Origin: Phycisphaerae bacterium
GTDB taxonomy: Bacteria; Planctomycetota; Phycisphaerae; Sedimentisphaerales; UBA12454
Length of the DNA stretch: 61,881 bases
Assembly: GCA_026386845.1 (NCBI GenBank)
Contig: JAPLMW010000039.1
Span: forward strand, 1-61,881
Reading direction: 5' to 3'
Numbering within the stretch: position 1 is the stretch's first letter; each line of letters opens with the position of its first letter. The notes below the pieces were generated by a model. That model ran no database searches, was not told the DNA's origin, and was given only the letters and a program-made list of their open reading frames with translations. Shown one piece after another: positions 26,568 to 35,062 of this stretch. A program made the position numbers and the translations under genes.

Positions 26568-27148
26568 TTGGAAAAAAGCAGCTGCAGCAGCAGAAGAAAA
26601 ATAGTAAAAGAAAAAACAACTGAAGAATAATAGCAAAAAAAGCAGAAGAAGAAAAAATCTTTGAATCTCCCGCAAGCCGATAACTAAAAATCCTTAGAAA
26701 AATAAATAAAAAAAACGAGCAGTCGCGCCCGGTGAAGAAACGCTAACTGCTCGCAGGAGGAGGAAGAAGAAGATTTCAGTTTTATATATTCACTTTTCTA
26801 TCTATGCTCCTTATCGGCAAAATGTTCAAATTTTCATTAAAGTTTACGAATAAATCAGCCATAAAATCAATACATAATACTTTTTTAAGAAAAATGACTG
26901 TTAAAACAGGGAATTTAAGACTGGACAAACATTTTTAACAATTGTATCGTATTATATTAAAAGAAGTTATGACAAGAGCTAAAAGCAAGCATTCCGGTAA
27001 CATTTGTCTGGAATAATAGCCGAAAAAGTTTAATATATAACAAAAAAGCTGTGAAAAAAGGGGATTGAAGATATAAGATATCCAACTGTAGCCACAAAGA
27101 CACGAAGAAGTAAGGATGTAAAGAAATAGGGAAGCAAAGAAGATTTTT

Positions 27149-27478
27149 ATGAGCCAAGATAAAGAAACAAAAAAAATTGAACCTAGTTCAATAGAAATCG
27201 TCGAACCAGTCGGCAAAAGAGTCCTCATCCGTAAAGATGAAGATAAAAAAATAACCCGCGGCGGTATCAAACTGCCGGATAATATAGAAATACCCACCAT
27301 CACCGGCAGAATAGTCGCAGTCTCCGCTGAAGTAGAAACTATGCCGGAGATGCCATTGAAAAAATACGACAAAGTCCTGTTTAACCCCAAAGGGGCAATA
27401 CCAGTAGATTTCGAAGGCGATAATCGTTTGTTTGTCGTTGAAGTCGAAAACATAGTGGCGGTGTTTAGGAAAGCGTAG
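27149..27478 (+). CDS. co-chaperonin GroES (Cpn10) family protein
   Basis: VEPVGKRVLIRK..RGGIKLPD..GRIVAVS pattern. No groEL lies downstream. Confidence 0.7.
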   Translation: MSQDKETKKIEPSSIEIVEPVGKRVLIRKDEDKKITRGGIKLPDNIEIPTITGRIVAVSAEVETMPEMPLKKYDKVLFNPKGAIPVDFEGDNRLFVVEVENIVAVFRKA

Positions 27479-27497
27479 CGGTAATTACAACTTCTTT

Positions 27498-29144
27498 TTA
27501 TTTGCCGCTGGTTTTGTGAAAGAGGGCGCCTTCGGTATCATTCGAGAGGTGACGCTCAGCATTCTGCCTGTAAAAGACAATCTCAAATCCGCGGCCCACC
27601 TGAGGCGGGCAGGCTTTTATCATATCCTGATAATTATCACCTGTTGCGATAATCCAGGCGCCTTCTTCGTATCTATTACGAACATCGTTAAGGTCATATA
27701 TTTCAGGAATGTTTCTGCCTGCGTAATGCACCATCCGCGCAGAAACATAATTGTATGCGATAAGCTCTTTATCAGGCGGAACAATTCTGCCAATTTCCGA
27801 TGAAAAAATTCTCGAGGGATTGTTGAAGTCGAGAGGGCCGGTAAAATAAACAAAAGTTATCATTACTATTGCACAGTAACCTGCAAAAAAGAAAACTATC
27901 GCAGCAACTCTACAATTTTGCTGAAATAGAAAAATCACAAGCCCAAGGACAATAAAAATCATCATCGCCATATGAATTGAAGGCCAGAGGAGTGATTTTT
28001 CTCTGGTAAAAACCCAATATAAAAGTCCTGCTGTCCCTGCAACAGCCGCGATTATATGACCGACAAGAAGCGATTTAATCTGTTTTTGTTTAAACGCCTT
28101 AAGCTCGAAAATCATATCATAAAGGCAGATACCCACCAAAATGCTGAATGCGGGAAACGCCGAGAGGATATAATGCTGACGTTTTCCGCCGGAGATAGTC
28201 ATAACGGCAATCTGAACAATAAACCAGAGCCAAAGATACCACATTGCCGGTCTTTTCTTTTCCCAGACCGAATAGAAAGGCGCGGCAACTGTATAAGGCA
28301 CAAACGCTGAAAACGGCGCAGCAAACAAAAAGACAACCATAAGATAATACCAGAAGGGCTTGCGGCCTGAGGCATAATCGCCGGCGAACCTGTCGATGAA
28401 TTCTCTTTTCCAGAATGCCAGACTGCCGGATATTTTTTCAACAGCCATTATCGGCCAGGGAAGAACGATAAGCAGAAATAAAATTGTTCCGATTATCGGC
28501 AAAGTGATTTTTATTTTCCTCCACTGCCGAAAAGCGGCGAAATACAAGAAAATCGGCGGTATAATAAGCGCCAGCGGCGCCGGGCCTTTTGCAAGCATCG
28601 CAAGAGCAAAACTAATCCAGAAAAGGAGCATATACGAGATTCGATGCCGTTTTGATTGCGTCAGCAATCCGGAATAAAAGCTGAGCATTGATATAGTAAC
28701 CAGCGAACAGAGCGCCATTTCAGGCCTGGCGGAATGTGAGTATTTGAGAAAAGCCAGTGAAGATATCCAGACTGCCGCCGAGAGAATCGCGATTTCGATA
28801 CCCAGCCATTGCGAGACGAAATAAAGAATCGCTGCAACTGAAAGAACCGCAAAACAGGCACTCGGCAGACGAGCAGAAAATTCATCGACTTTGCCCGTAA
28901 CTTTCGCAACAGAAGCAACGAGCCAGTAGCAAAGCGGGGTTTTCTGGAGGCGGACTTGGCCGTCAAATTTCGGCAGGAGCCAATCGCCAGTTTGAAGCAT
29001 TTCCCTTGCCGTTACCGATACAAGACATTCATGGTCATCCAGCGGCTCGCCTAAGAGCGACCAATACGAAACAATAACCGCAAACGCCAAACAAGCGATT
29101 ATCAGAAGAGCGTCTGATTTTTTCGTATGTCCTGTTTCTATCAT
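27498..29144 (-). CDS. ArnT/PMT-like glycosyltransferase family 39 membrane protein
   Basis: Many TM helices and an LPKFDGQVRLQKTPLCYWLVA loop typical of GT39. ATG 29144 is preceded by GGGAAAG. Confidence 0.8.
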   Translation of the reverse strand: MIETGHTKKSDALLIIACLAFAVIVSYWSLLGEPLDDHECLVSVTAREMLQTGDWLLPKFDGQVRLQKTPLCYWLVASVAKVTGKVDEFSARLPSACFAVLSVAAILYFVSQWLGIEIAILSAAVWISSLAFLKYSHSARPEMALCSLVTISMLSFYSGLLTQSKRHRISYMLLFWISFALAMLAKGPAPLALIIPPIFLYFAAFRQWRKIKITLPIIGTILFLLIVLPWPIMAVEKISGSLAFWKREFIDRFAGDYASGRKPFWYYLMVVFLFAAPFSAFVPYTVAAPFYSVWEKKRPAMWYLWLWFIVQIAVMTISGGKRQHYILSAFPAFSILVGICLYDMIFELKAFKQKQIKSLLVGHIIAAVAGTAGLLYWVFTREKSLLWPSIHMAMMIFIVLGLVIFLFQQNCRVAAIVFFFAGYCAIVMITFVYFTGPLDFNNPSRIFSSEIGRIVPPDKELIAYNYVSARMVHYAGRNIPEIYDLNDVRNRYEEGAWIIATGDNYQDMIKACPPQVGRGFEIVFYRQNAERHLSNDTEGALFHKTSGK

Positions 29145-29145
29145 A

Positions 29146-29235
29146 TTACTTTCCCGAATTTCCTTTCGCCGCCAGGATTGCGGCAAACGCGATTGTCGCC
29201 GTTTCAATTCTCAATATTGTATCTGTAAACCTGAC
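29146..29235 (-). pseudogene. remnant of an rsmE 3' end (VRFTDTILRIETATIAFAAILAAKGNSGK*)
   Basis: It aligns with the C-terminus of the intact rsmE (LRLTDTILRIETAAIAFASILAANRAAR*, 32245-32331). It has no start codon and no upstream rsmE body. Confidence 0.55.
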
Positions 29236-29271
29236 GGCGGCCAAGTTTTAAAAAGAAGCAGCAAGTGCACT

Positions 29272-30681
29272 TTATACGAACGGCAGATGCATATATATGC
29301 TGAACAAATCGTTTGAGGCCTCGGCTCGAATTTTTCCGCCCAGCAGTTCGACAAGCTGTTTAACCAATGCCAGACCAAGACCGAAGTGAACACCTGTGCC
29401 GCTGCGTGATGCATCGCCTCGCCAGAAATAGTCAAACACAGTTTGCCCCTGCTGGCTGGTAAGCTGATTGCCGGTGTTTTCGAAAATTATCTCGATACCA
29501 GTATCGATTTCCCGAGAGGTTATCCGTATCCTGCCGCTGCGATTTGTGTATTCAGCGGCGTTATTAAGAATGTTTGAAAATATTATCGACAATCCCGCTT
29601 CATCCGATTTCCATACAAGATTTTTGTCGATGAGATTATCAAAAACAATTTCCGCGGCAGCAGCCTTATCAGAAAAAGGCCGCCAGCATTCATCAGCCAG
29701 TTCGGCCAATTTTATCTGTTCCATACCGGCAATCATCCGGCCATTTTCAATTCTTGCCAGCTCAAGCAGTTTGGCGACCATTGTCTGCATATTATTGACT
29801 ACCTCAAGAGTCTCGGACAACGCAGAGCGATATTCGGCGGAGTCGCGGTTGCGCGTAAGTGTTACATCAATGATTGACCGTATGCCTGCCAATGGCGTTC
29901 TCAGTTCATGCGCCACATTTGCGTTGAATGCTCTTTCACGTTCAAAAGAGGCTTCGAGGCGTTCCAATAAACTGTTAAGCTTTCTTTGTATCGGTAAAAT
30001 TTCTTCAGGCAGATTTTCGCCGGCAATACGGCTTTTCAGATTATCTTCTCTAATGTTGTCGATTTGTGCCGCGACCGCGGAAAGCGGCGAAAGACCCTGC
30101 CTTACCACAACCTGTGCAACAGCATAAGCGAGAACGAGGATGCCTGCCGAAACAATCGACAGAAGATATTTCAGAAACCGCAGCTGCGCCAGCAATTTGC
30201 CGGCATCCCGGGCTACTGACAGAACAAGCGATTGTGATACATACGCCGAGTTTGAGTCCTTTTCAATTTTCGGCAGAAAATTCACTGTAACGGCACGGAC
30301 AGGCCGGCCATTTTTCATCACAAATGAATTGAAAGCATGGGATTTATTCGCAGGGGCGAACCTGATAAGGTCATCGTCGCCGAGAGAAGGGGATTTTCTA
30401 ATCACAGTCCCATCATCCCTCCAGAGTTCGTAATAGGCCGGCCTTTTACCGCCGGCAAATTCGGGCATTATTTCAACATCAAACTCAAAATCAAACTTAT
30501 TATCTTTGTCATCCCGTTCCACCAAAGCGGACATCATATTTGCCGCGGATTCAAGCGATGAGTCAAAAACTGTAAACATCGCGTGGCTGATTGTATGATA
30601 AACAATAAGGTCGAAACCAATCAGCAGCACCGTTATGCCGCTAATCATACCATACATTAATCTTGATTTGAGCGACCACAT
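29272..30681 (-). CDS. sensor histidine kinase (CusS/heavy-metal-sensor-like architecture)
   Basis: Two TM helices, a HAMP domain, H-box NVAHELRTPL, N-box NNAAEYT and G-box GLGLALV. Confidence 0.9.
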   Translation of the reverse strand: MWSLKSRLMYGMISGITVLLIGFDLIVYHTISHAMFTVFDSSLESAANMMSALVERDDKDNKFDFEFDVEIMPEFAGGKRPAYYELWRDDGTVIRKSPSLGDDDLIRFAPANKSHAFNSFVMKNGRPVRAVTVNFLPKIEKDSNSAYVSQSLVLSVARDAGKLLAQLRFLKYLLSIVSAGILVLAYAVAQVVVRQGLSPLSAVAAQIDNIREDNLKSRIAGENLPEEILPIQRKLNSLLERLEASFERERAFNANVAHELRTPLAGIRSIIDVTLTRNRDSAEYRSALSETLEVVNNMQTMVAKLLELARIENGRMIAGMEQIKLAELADECWRPFSDKAAAAEIVFDNLIDKNLVWKSDEAGLSIIFSNILNNAAEYTNRSGRIRITSREIDTGIEIIFENTGNQLTSQQGQTVFDYFWRGDASRSGTGVHFGLGLALVKQLVELLGGKIRAEASNDLFSIYMHLPFV

Positions 30682-30686
30682 CAATA

Positions 30687-31355
30687 TTATGTTCCTAAAA
30701 TATAACCCTGCCCCCGTATCGTGCGAAGCAGCGGAGGCATTGATTCCTTTTCTATTTTTTTTCGCAAATAGCCGATATAAACATCCACGACATTGCTTGA
30801 TGCCTCCGAGTTAAATTCATAAATATGCTCCCATATATCCGTGCGTGAAACGACCTGGCCGGCCCGCCTTGCAAGATATTCGAGAAGCATATATTCGCGC
30901 GATGTGAGAATAATTTCATCATCCCCCCGCCATACTCTGCGGGAAGCGGTGTCTATATGCAGGTCTGCTATGTTTATATCCGGACACTTATGCTCATATC
31001 TGCGGCGAACCAGCGCTCTGAGTCTTGCCATAAGTTCTTCAAACGCGAAAGGTTTAACCAGATAATCATCCGCGCCGAGGTCGAGCCCTTTTATGCGGTC
31101 TTCAACCGTGTCTTTGGCGGTAAGAATTATTATATGATTATTTTTATTTTTCACCCTGAGCTGCTTTAGAACGCTCAAACCATCCAGTTTTGGAAGCATT
31201 ATATCAAGGATTATCACGTCATAATCGTTCGACATCGCATACCAGAGGCCCTCCTGTCCGTCACCGCTGACATCGACGGCAAAATCAGCCTCTCGCAGCC
31301 CTTTTGCCAGCGATTTCTGCAAAGGCAGGTAATCTTCGATAAGTAATATTCGCAT
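30687..31355 (-). CDS. OmpR-family response regulator (CusR-like)
   Basis: MRILLIEDY, DVIILDIMLPKLDG, DDYLVKPF and a winged helix (YIGYLRKKIE). ATG 31355 was chosen as the start. Confidence 0.9.
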   Translation of the reverse strand: MRILLIEDYLPLQKSLAKGLREADFAVDVSGDGQEGLWYAMSNDYDVIILDIMLPKLDGLSVLKQLRVKNKNNHIIILTAKDTVEDRIKGLDLGADDYLVKPFAFEELMARLRALVRRRYEHKCPDINIADLHIDTASRRVWRGDDEIILTSREYMLLEYLARRAGQVVSRTDIWEHIYEFNSEASSNVVDVYIGYLRKKIEKESMPPLLRTIRGQGYILGT

Positions 31356-31440
31356 TATGATAATCCAAAAAAGACGCCGTCGATATATTGTATATTTCGG
31401 CGGCGTCTGAAGCAATTTAAAAAATCAGCCAATAGCGTTT

Positions 31441-32013
31441 TTAGTCTTTATCTTTATCTTTATCTTTGTCTTTATCTTTATCATCGTCATCTTTTCCATT
31501 ATCGTCGCCTTTTTCCTTGTCGCATTTCTTCTCTTGCTGCTCTATTATTTTACCATCCGCAGCAATCTCAATCTCTATTTTCTTGCCGTCCTTGACAATG
31601 TCTGCTGAATAGGTAGTTATTGGTTTATCGAGTTTAACCACCTGCACTTTGGCGTATTCGACTTCTTTTGAGACTTCATTCACTTCTGCGTTTTGCGCCT
31701 TGATGGCCGCAGCGACTTCGTTCGGCACAGTATCTATAGTCGCCTCTGATTCAACCTCTATAACTGTCCCGTCTTCGGCAACCTTTACATCAGTTTCACT
31801 GTTGCCGTCTTTTACTTCGACTTTAAACACTTTTATCTCTTCTTCTTCCTGTTTGCTTTCGCTAATCGCTCCGGTTGGGAAAAGCGCCTTTACGGCCGCT
31901 TCAATCGCCGCCGGCAGCGAGTCTTTCTCGTCCTTCTCGGCATACGTTACCGCGCATACCATCGCAACGAGCGCAACACAACAAACAATCACAACCCAAG
32001 TTTTTCTGGTCAT
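31441..32013 (-). CDS. secreted PepSY-like repeat protein with an acidic (KD)n tail
   Basis: Signal peptide and two similar modules (..VKVAEDGTVIEVE.. and ..IEIAADGKIIEQQ..). The C-terminus is DDDDKDKDKDKDKDKD. Confidence 0.45.
   Translation of the reverse strand: MTRKTWVVIVCCVALVAMVCAVTYAEKDEKDSLPAAIEAAVKALFPTGAISESKQEEEEIKVFKVEVKDGNSETDVKVAEDGTVIEVESEATIDTVPNEVAAAIKAQNAEVNEVSKEVEYAKVQVVKLDKPITTYSADIVKDGKKIEIEIAADGKIIEQQEKKCDKEKGDDNGKDDDDKDKDKDKDKDKD
31444..31482. repeat. hexanucleotide microsatellite (TCTTTA/TCTTTG)n encoding the (KD)n tail
   Basis: Read directly: gtctttatctttatctttatctttgtctttatctttatc. Confidence 0.85.
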
Positions 32014-32087
32014 TTTAATTTCCCTTTCTAAAACATTTCTACAATTGCTCCGTCTGTCACCATAACAGCCGAAATCGACCCGCCCAT

Positions 32088-32121
32088 ATTATAGAGATGA
32101 TTATGAGAATATTATGAGAAT
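32088..32121 (-). promoter_or_regulatory. candidate activator-dependent promoter: tandem 11-nt direct repeat, 6 nt, then TATAAT
   Basis: On the minus strand: ATTCTCATAAT ATTCTCATAAT (32121-32100), CATCTC, then TATAAT (32093-32088). It lies about 75 nt upstream of the PepSY-like ATG. Confidence 0.4.
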
Positions 32122-32244
32122 ATATAATTATATCGAAAAATACGGTTGTCTTTAAAAACGCTGTTTTTTATAGGACTCAATCCCGATAAATCGGGCCTCG
32201 GAACGACATTATTCGAAATCCAATGCGGAGAATCTGCCCCGGAA

Positions 32245-32973
32245 CTATCTCGCGGCCCTGTTAGCCGCAAGGATTGAGGCGAAGGCAATCGCAGCCGTTT
32301 CAATCCTTAATATTGTATCCGTCAGCCTGAGGGGCTTTGCGCCGACTTTCAGAAGCAAATTTTCCTCAACTTCTGTCAAGCCGCCTTCGGGGCCGATAAA
32401 GGCAATCACGTCCGCTTCAAAATCAAAATTTATAATCGAGCCGGCGTTTTCTTCCAGTGAACCGAAAATAATTTCTGCTTTCGGGAAATCTGTCCGCAAA
32501 TTTTCGAGCGCTTTTTCAAAACTTAACGGTTTGTCTATGAGGGGGAGAAAGATTCTGCCGCACTGCTTTGCCGATTCAACAGCAATAGCTTCAAATCGTC
32601 GAGCGGACATTTCGCTATCGGCCTGTTTTACAGTCCGCTGGAAAATAACCGGAATAATTCTGTCGATTCCAAGCTCGGTGCATTTTGCAATAATCAGCTC
32701 GAATTTGTGGGCCTTGGCGATACTGGCGGCAATAATAATTTTCCGCCTGTTTTCAGAGTCAAATATTTTTTTGTCCTGCACTTTCAACAGTGCGCTGTCT
32801 TTTGCGATTTTTTCTATAATCGCCTGCGCGACAGTTCCTTTGCCGTCGAACAATTCTACCATATCACCTTGTTTTAGTCTTAAAACCCTGGCAATGTGGC
32901 GGAACTGGATATCAGAAATAATAACGGCGCCGTTTTGATTGATAGTATCGCAGAAAAATCTTGCCGTTCTCAT
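32245..32973 (-). CDS. rsmE: 16S rRNA (uracil1498-N3)-methyltransferase
   Basis: RsmE family with GDMVELFDGKG and FIGPEGGLTEVE. ATG 32973 was chosen as the start. Confidence 0.85.
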   Translation of the reverse strand: MRTARFFCDTINQNGAVIISDIQFRHIARVLRLKQGDMVELFDGKGTVAQAIIEKIAKDSALLKVQDKKIFDSENRRKIIIAASIAKAHKFELIIAKCTELGIDRIIPVIFQRTVKQADSEMSARRFEAIAVESAKQCGRIFLPLIDKPLSFEKALENLRTDFPKAEIIFGSLEENAGSIINFDFEADVIAFIGPEGGLTEVEENLLLKVGAKPLRLTDTILRIETAAIAFASILAANRAAR

Positions 32974-32998
32974 AATAAAATTATCCTGAATTAAACAA

Positions 32999-33053
32999 CC
33001 CGCCGTGAAACGGCGGGCTAAATATAACCCCGCCAAAGTATTGGCGGGGCTAA
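32999..33053 (-). repeat. two tandem TTAGCC-hairpin units
   Basis: On the minus strand: TTAGCCCCGCCAATACTTTGGCGGGG, then TTAGCCCGCCGTTTCACGGCGGG. The TAG of the first unit is the parA stop codon (33050-33052). Confidence 0.7.
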
Positions 33054-33853
33054 CCGGTATTGCCGATGGTTTTGCCGTTTAGGTGCCGGGCAATTAAACG
33101 GTAGTCTTCTGCGCCGTGGCAGGAGGGCTCATATTCGAAAATTGTTTTGCCGTAGCTGGGGGCTTCGGCGAGTTTGATATTTCTTCGCACAAAGGTCGGT
33201 ATGATTTGCGCGTTGCTCCAGGGACAATCGGAATCACGGGCGCTATCGAGAAACTTGTTGATATCGCTCTTGATTTCTTCCGACAGAGACGTTCTGCTGT
33301 CAAACATACATAACAATACGCCGCTTACCTTAAGAGAGGGATTAATTCTCCTGCTGACGAGCGTAATTGTCTGGAGCAGTTTTCCCAGACCCTGGAGGGC
33401 GAGAAAGTGCGGCTGAAGCGGGATAATGACTTCCTGAGCCGCCGCGAGGGCATTTAGCGTTAAAAGGCCGAGCGAAGGAGGACAATCTATCAGCAGATAA
33501 TCGAAATTCTGCTTTGTTTTCGCTATGGCTTCGCGGAAGATTATTTCCCTGCCGACGACGCTGACCAGCTCGCTTTCGGCGCCGACGAGATGGATATTTG
33601 CGCCGAGGAGAAAAAGATTCGGCCTTGCTTCGATAAGCGCATCGTCAAACTGAGATGCACCTGTGAGAACTTTATATGTTCCGGCTTCGACTTTGTCGGG
33701 TTCGATTCCGAGATGTATGGTAAGATGTGCCTGCGGGTCGAAATCGGCGGCGACGACTTTTGCGCCGTCCTGCGCCAGAGCGGCGGCGATATTGACAACC
33801 GAAGTCGTCTTGCCCACGCCCCCTTTCTGGTTGAGCATTACTATTTTACGCAT
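33050..33853 (-). CDS. parA: ParA/Soj family ATPase
   Basis: Deviant Walker A NQKGGVGKTT. No parB gene is adjacent. Confidence 0.9.
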   Translation of the reverse strand: MRKIVMLNQKGGVGKTTSVVNIAAALAQDGAKVVAADFDPQAHLTIHLGIEPDKVEAGTYKVLTGASQFDDALIEARPNLFLLGANIHLVGAESELVSVVGREIIFREAIAKTKQNFDYLLIDCPPSLGLLTLNALAAAQEVIIPLQPHFLALQGLGKLLQTITLVSRRINPSLKVSGVLLCMFDSRTSLSEEIKSDINKFLDSARDSDCPWSNAQIIPTFVRRNIKLAEAPSYGKTIFEYEPSCHGAEDYRLIARHLNGKTIGNTG

Positions 33854-34271
33854 CCCTGCCCGTTTCCGCTTTTAGGGTTCTGTAAATTGCATCGAGCACA
33901 CCATTAACGAAACCCGGCGACGATTCGCCGCTGTATTTTTTGGCCAGCTCGATAGCCTCGTTTATAACCACTTTCGCCGGTATATCGTCGCAATATTTCA
34001 ACTGGTACGTTCCAAGCCGCAGGATGCTCCTGTCAACCTGGCTTAGCCTTGAAAGCTCCCATTTGGCGGCGGCGGTGGTAATCAGTCCGTCGCATTCCGC
34101 CATCGTCTTCCACAGACCCTGCGTCCATTTTTCGGCGAGCTTTCGCACCGTATCGTCATCGGAGTTTTCCGCGAAAAATCTGCCGAGTATCTGGAGGGCA
34201 TCTGCGCCCTGCACATCGAGCTGACAGGCAGCCTGCATCACGAGTTCTCTTGCCCTGGTTCTTTTATCCAT
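33846..34271 (-). CDS. nusB: transcription antitermination factor NusB
   Basis: 141 aa with a NusB-fold sequence (RELVMQA.., INEAIELAKKY). It lies next to ribH, as in many bacteria. Confidence 0.9.
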   Translation of the reverse strand: MDKRTRARELVMQAACQLDVQGADALQILGRFFAENSDDDTVRKLAEKWTQGLWKTMAECDGLITTAAAKWELSRLSQVDRSILRLGTYQLKYCDDIPAKVVINEAIELAKKYSGESSPGFVNGVLDAIYRTLKAETGRDA

Positions 34272-34328
34272 TTATAGTGAGCTTGTCGAACTATCAGACT
34301 AATTTGTAAAAAAGCCGTCGATGCCGAA

Positions 34329-34793
34329 TCATATCTGATTCAGGACATCGACCATTTCCATCGCATTTGCGGCGGCAGCGGCGCCTGCGTTGCCCGCCTT
34401 TGTGCCGGCTCTTTCGATGGCCTGCTCTATTGTCTCGCAGGTCAGAACGCCAAAAATTGTCGGCACGCCGGTATCGTAGTTAATCTGACTGATGCCCCTG
34501 CTGACCTGCTGACAGACATAATCGTAATGGCCGGTCTGGCCGCGAATGATGGTGCCGATGCAGATTATGGCATCGAACTTTTTGGCGGCAGCGAGCTTTT
34601 TGGCCGCGACGGTTATCTCAATCGAACCGGGGACCCATACAACTGTAATCTGTTCTTCGGCTGCGCCGTGTCTTTGCAAAGCGTCAATCGCGCCGTCGAG
34701 AAGCTTTGAAGTGATAAAGTCGTTAAATCTGCTCACGACTATCGCGAACTTCGCCTTGCCGGCACTTAATTTACCCTTTACCTGCTTAATCAT
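34329..34793 (-). CDS. ribH: 6,7-dimethyl-8-ribityllumazine synthase
   Basis: [16 protein letters not shown] and GHYDYV motifs. Confidence 0.95.
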   Translation of the reverse strand: MIKQVKGKLSAGKAKFAIVVSRFNDFITSKLLDGAIDALQRHGAAEEQITVVWVPGSIEITVAAKKLAAAKKFDAIICIGTIIRGQTGHYDYVCQQVSRGISQINYDTGVPTIFGVLTCETIEQAIERAGTKAGNAGAAAAANAMEMVDVLNQI

Positions 34794-35062
34794 AATTCAT
34801 TTACTCCTTATATTTTATATTCAACATTATAAGACCAAAGGCGGCTTTTTTCCAGAAAAAGGGCGAAGACTCGATGTTTTCCGGATTACGCCATAAAGTG
34901 CTCTTTTCATAACCATTTTTATTTTAAGGGGTTAAAGGCGATATTTCCACACAATTTATGTTTTTTTGTGATTTTTTCTCGTGCCCTGTTTTCGTGCAAA
35001 ACCACCGGCCTTTTTATACCGAATTTTAGAAGTGGGACATTGCCCTATTTAACGGAGAAACT

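Noticed and set aside
26568-26660. Possible CRISPR-like or tandem array after topA
   Set aside because: The units are degenerate purine-rich low-complexity sequence with no repeat-spacer alternation and no palindromic repeat.
26935-27453. 172-aa ORF on the minus strand
   Set aside because: It overlaps the GroES-family gene in antisense and extends into AT-rich non-coding DNA.
29272-31355. Assigning the two-component system to copper/silver sensing (cusRS)
   Set aside because: Only family-level similarity is visible. No efflux or metal-handling genes are adjacent, so ligand specificity cannot be inferred.
33050-33853. ParA as evidence for a plasmid or partition locus
   Set aside because: There is no parB or parS-like site nearby, and the flanking genes (nusB, ribH, rsmE, dnaA region) are chromosomal housekeeping genes.
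34794-35062. FMN (RFN) riboswitch upstream of ribH
   Set aside because: The conserved RFN core (GGG..GAAATTCC..CCGGCGGTA-like segments) was not found on the minus strand, and ribH follows nusB rather than forming a rib operon.
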